From Patescibacteria group bacterium (GTDB lineage Bacteria > Patescibacteriota > Microgenomatia > UBA10105 > UBA927): a DNA stretch of 64,000 bases. Shown here piece by piece: positions 59,801-64,000 of this stretch. The translations under genes and the position numbers were made by a program. The first letter of the stretch is position 1. Each line of letters opens with the position of its first letter. The notes beneath the pieces are model-generated. The model did not search any database and was not told the DNA's origin. It saw nothing but the letters and a program-made list of their open reading frames with translations. Location of the stretch: contig DATKGN010000007.1 in assembly GCA_035510735.1 (NCBI GenBank), forward strand, positions 105-64,104, in the 5' to 3' direction.

Positions 59801-60880
59801 CCGTGTCGCTGTCGTTCGTTCAATGTCAAATGGTGAGGACGCTTGCACGTCAAACGTATCGGTAATGCCATACGGCACGCCATTAACGACAGCGGTGACA
59901 TGCATCGTATACGTACCCGCGCCATTCGTTTTATACGTCGCCCCATAATCGGATTTTTCGGTATACCGGTGCAGCTGACATTCGGAATTCACGGTGATGG
60001 TCGAATCGGCAACGCTCAGGGTGACGGTGGCGCCCGCGGGATCGGTAATCGTAGCGGCAAGGCCTGAATTATCACATATAATATTCCCCTCTTCATCAAG
60101 AACTGCGAAACTCATTTTGGCAACTTCCCCCGGCGTATAGATGGATTTATTCATGTTCACCGCAAGAATGCCCCACGTAAGTGATTGTTCCGATATCATC
60201 GCGTCATTTTGATACACACGCGCCGTATACTTTCCCGGCTTTATCTCATCAGGAGGGATAATGGTAAAGACAGTTGCTGTATCACCGGAAGTTTCCTGAA
60301 TTGTCGCCGGCACCTCGTCACCTGCATAATCGAAAAGAGCAACGTGAACACTCTGAGCTGTCGTGTCAACGATATTCGTGACGGTTATGGGAATTGACTC
60401 AACGCTTCGGAAATCCCGTTTCGGAAGCGCCCGAACAACGGCAATTTCACGAATGCTTGCTGATCCTGTTTGAGACGAAAATCCCAAATCGGGCATAATT
60501 GTCGGCGTCGGCGTGGGACTTGGCGCCGTTGGATAATCCGGGACGGCGATAGTCGGATGTATAGGCGTGGGAGTCGGAGACGGCGATGCAGTCGGGACCG
60601 GTGTAGATGTAGGCGTAGGCACAGATGCCGAACCGGTGGCCGGCGGACCGTCAAATAAACCCATAGGTGTCGGGGTCGGACTTGTGGATGATGTGGGACT
60701 CACGGACGGCGTCGGACTCACTGTTGGGGTCACGCTTGGTGTGGCGCCCTGAGCCAGCGCAGACTGCCACGGCAACAGTAATTGTTCAAGACTAAGAATG
60801 AGAATAAATCCCCAAATCCCAAGCTTTTTCAGCATTGGTTTGTATTGTTTTGATCTTTTTGTATGCATATATTTTTTCAT
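56807..60880 (-). CDS. large secreted protein with internal M23 peptidase domain
   Basis: signal peptide, Pro/Thr linker, HDGVDFGLPEGTPVLAA, YYGHFS, ATGSHLHF; start uncertain (60835-60907). Confidence 0.85.
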   Translation of the reverse strand: MKKYMHTKRSKQYKPMLKKLGIWGFILILSLEQLLLPWQSALAQGATPSVTPTVSPTPSVSPTSSTSPTPTPMGLFDGPPATGSASVPTPTSTPVPTASPSPTPTPIHPTIAVPDYPTAPSPTPTPTIMPDLGFSSQTGSASIREIAVVRALPKRDFRSVESIPITVTNIVDTTAQSVHVALFDYAGDEVPATIQETSGDTATVFTIIPPDEIKPGKYTARVYQNDAMISEQSLTWGILAVNMNKSIYTPGEVAKMSFAVLDEEGNIICDNSGLAATITDPAGATVTLSVADSTITVNSECQLHRYTEKSDYGATYKTNGAGTYTMHVTAVVNGVPYGITDTFDVQASSPFDIERTTATRIYPHEPYTVNLSVTAHQDFTGTISDFVPDAFTVTPLNGSRAFDALTVIPFTPGGGEASVSGTILLRYPFNGSYTETLGFGEQLYDANEKSLYQQFGLAGHDGVDFGLPEGTPVLAADRGSVISAGPGVYGNTVIIQHAWGRTYYGHFSHISVSEGQVVAQGDVLGLSGHTGLATGSHLHFGMRLNVFDPNNGYFGKIDPMEYLGKSVAMTQTYVQAVSWQVAMKAGDHLTLGYRYKAPEIFPSLYFLGPVRMTTVAPVALVLGSQAPPSTAQASDSAQLSEGPLASASAQLPENPQATQSAALPSVDLLPMNEASGSAVASQSAEIAPPETPTPTTTVFSDVRRWQVVADQVLHVSKKGMSAVVVNADTQPNDFLIQDPQDKQLKSFVVDNTSATKTVTYKSLRGTQKQVYKDNDVTELTDNNQLASVGVVTPQYWNTDTNTWEAYPRISATKSDFKKANSDKKRVRFDDSIQNKLGLGATFERKLRTVTSGDTPAMKEDWKLTGAQKKRIMWEIQLKNFVLTQSRENIMTKTEDGTVRSINEATYGDVHIVAPYNGNMSWNEDATTNTVRIYFEPDGVSGDLVIDPTMSATSTSTTVTVTSSGVYKIRFNSAPGMADQLFLPDTDTTNRLGVVSSADMGICIRDYSTFDTFTTFTTSSIALSESSSVRVVVTGTWTNSSQDATNVKFYLYPDRVTVNEPIHTTSAFSGQYKPIVFTMLASLASEYKQFNNTTLDGSWTTIPTTSTWTFTNLTYTTQAAVVRTHTATADPKWYVGYWTYTPRETSVLQNQTYGDGTLALYALGDTSVSYTAGSTKTDYYQFIFQNGSALDATFQHEGQDYWNPFYTAVTGTKVTSDTGDANTDGYNEGQGYYSMQADGNNTVQVSFSDTRGASTAYTYYDPVIKITNWTWSGAAVVEKSTDNGTTWTTLTAGTDYNITQDSDEAQVGTNTRYFQYLGTVSGSGAATTHFRITWQPDMVNLMRHGKAFTNGVYYPFTF

Positions 60881-60908
60881 AACAAGGCGCAAGACACCCA
60901 AACCCACG

Positions 60909-64000
<3,092 letters not shown>

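Overview
A gene-dense bacterial window, probably from a Patescibacteria/CPR (Microgenomates-like) genome. This is inferred from the sortase plus LPxTG-like substrate, GT-C membrane protein, collagen-like and M23 surface proteins, many ORFans and short palindromic or 7-8-mer repeats. The only clear housekeeping gene is lepA (41420-43564, minus). Most of 16.6-54.8 kb is self-promoted orphan genes and tandem paralogue pairs: five HEAT-like paralogues, two sigma-70 factors, two methyltransferases, an AAA-ATPase/RloB defence pair and a frameshifted RelE-type toxin-antitoxin. Main finding: the ends of lepA are repeatedly duplicated outward. Three extra 3'-end copies (39536, 38162, 34586) and two extra 5'-end copies (43650, 44458) decay with distance, differ mostly at synonymous positions, have different breakpoints and bracket accessory DNA, with no integrase in the window. 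A similar gene-tail duplication flanks the 918-aa transglutaminase-like gene. This suggests integrase-independent, polarised stacking of gene cassettes at gene termini. No CRISPR array, rRNA or tRNA was seen. All family assignments come from motif recognition by eye; no searches were run.
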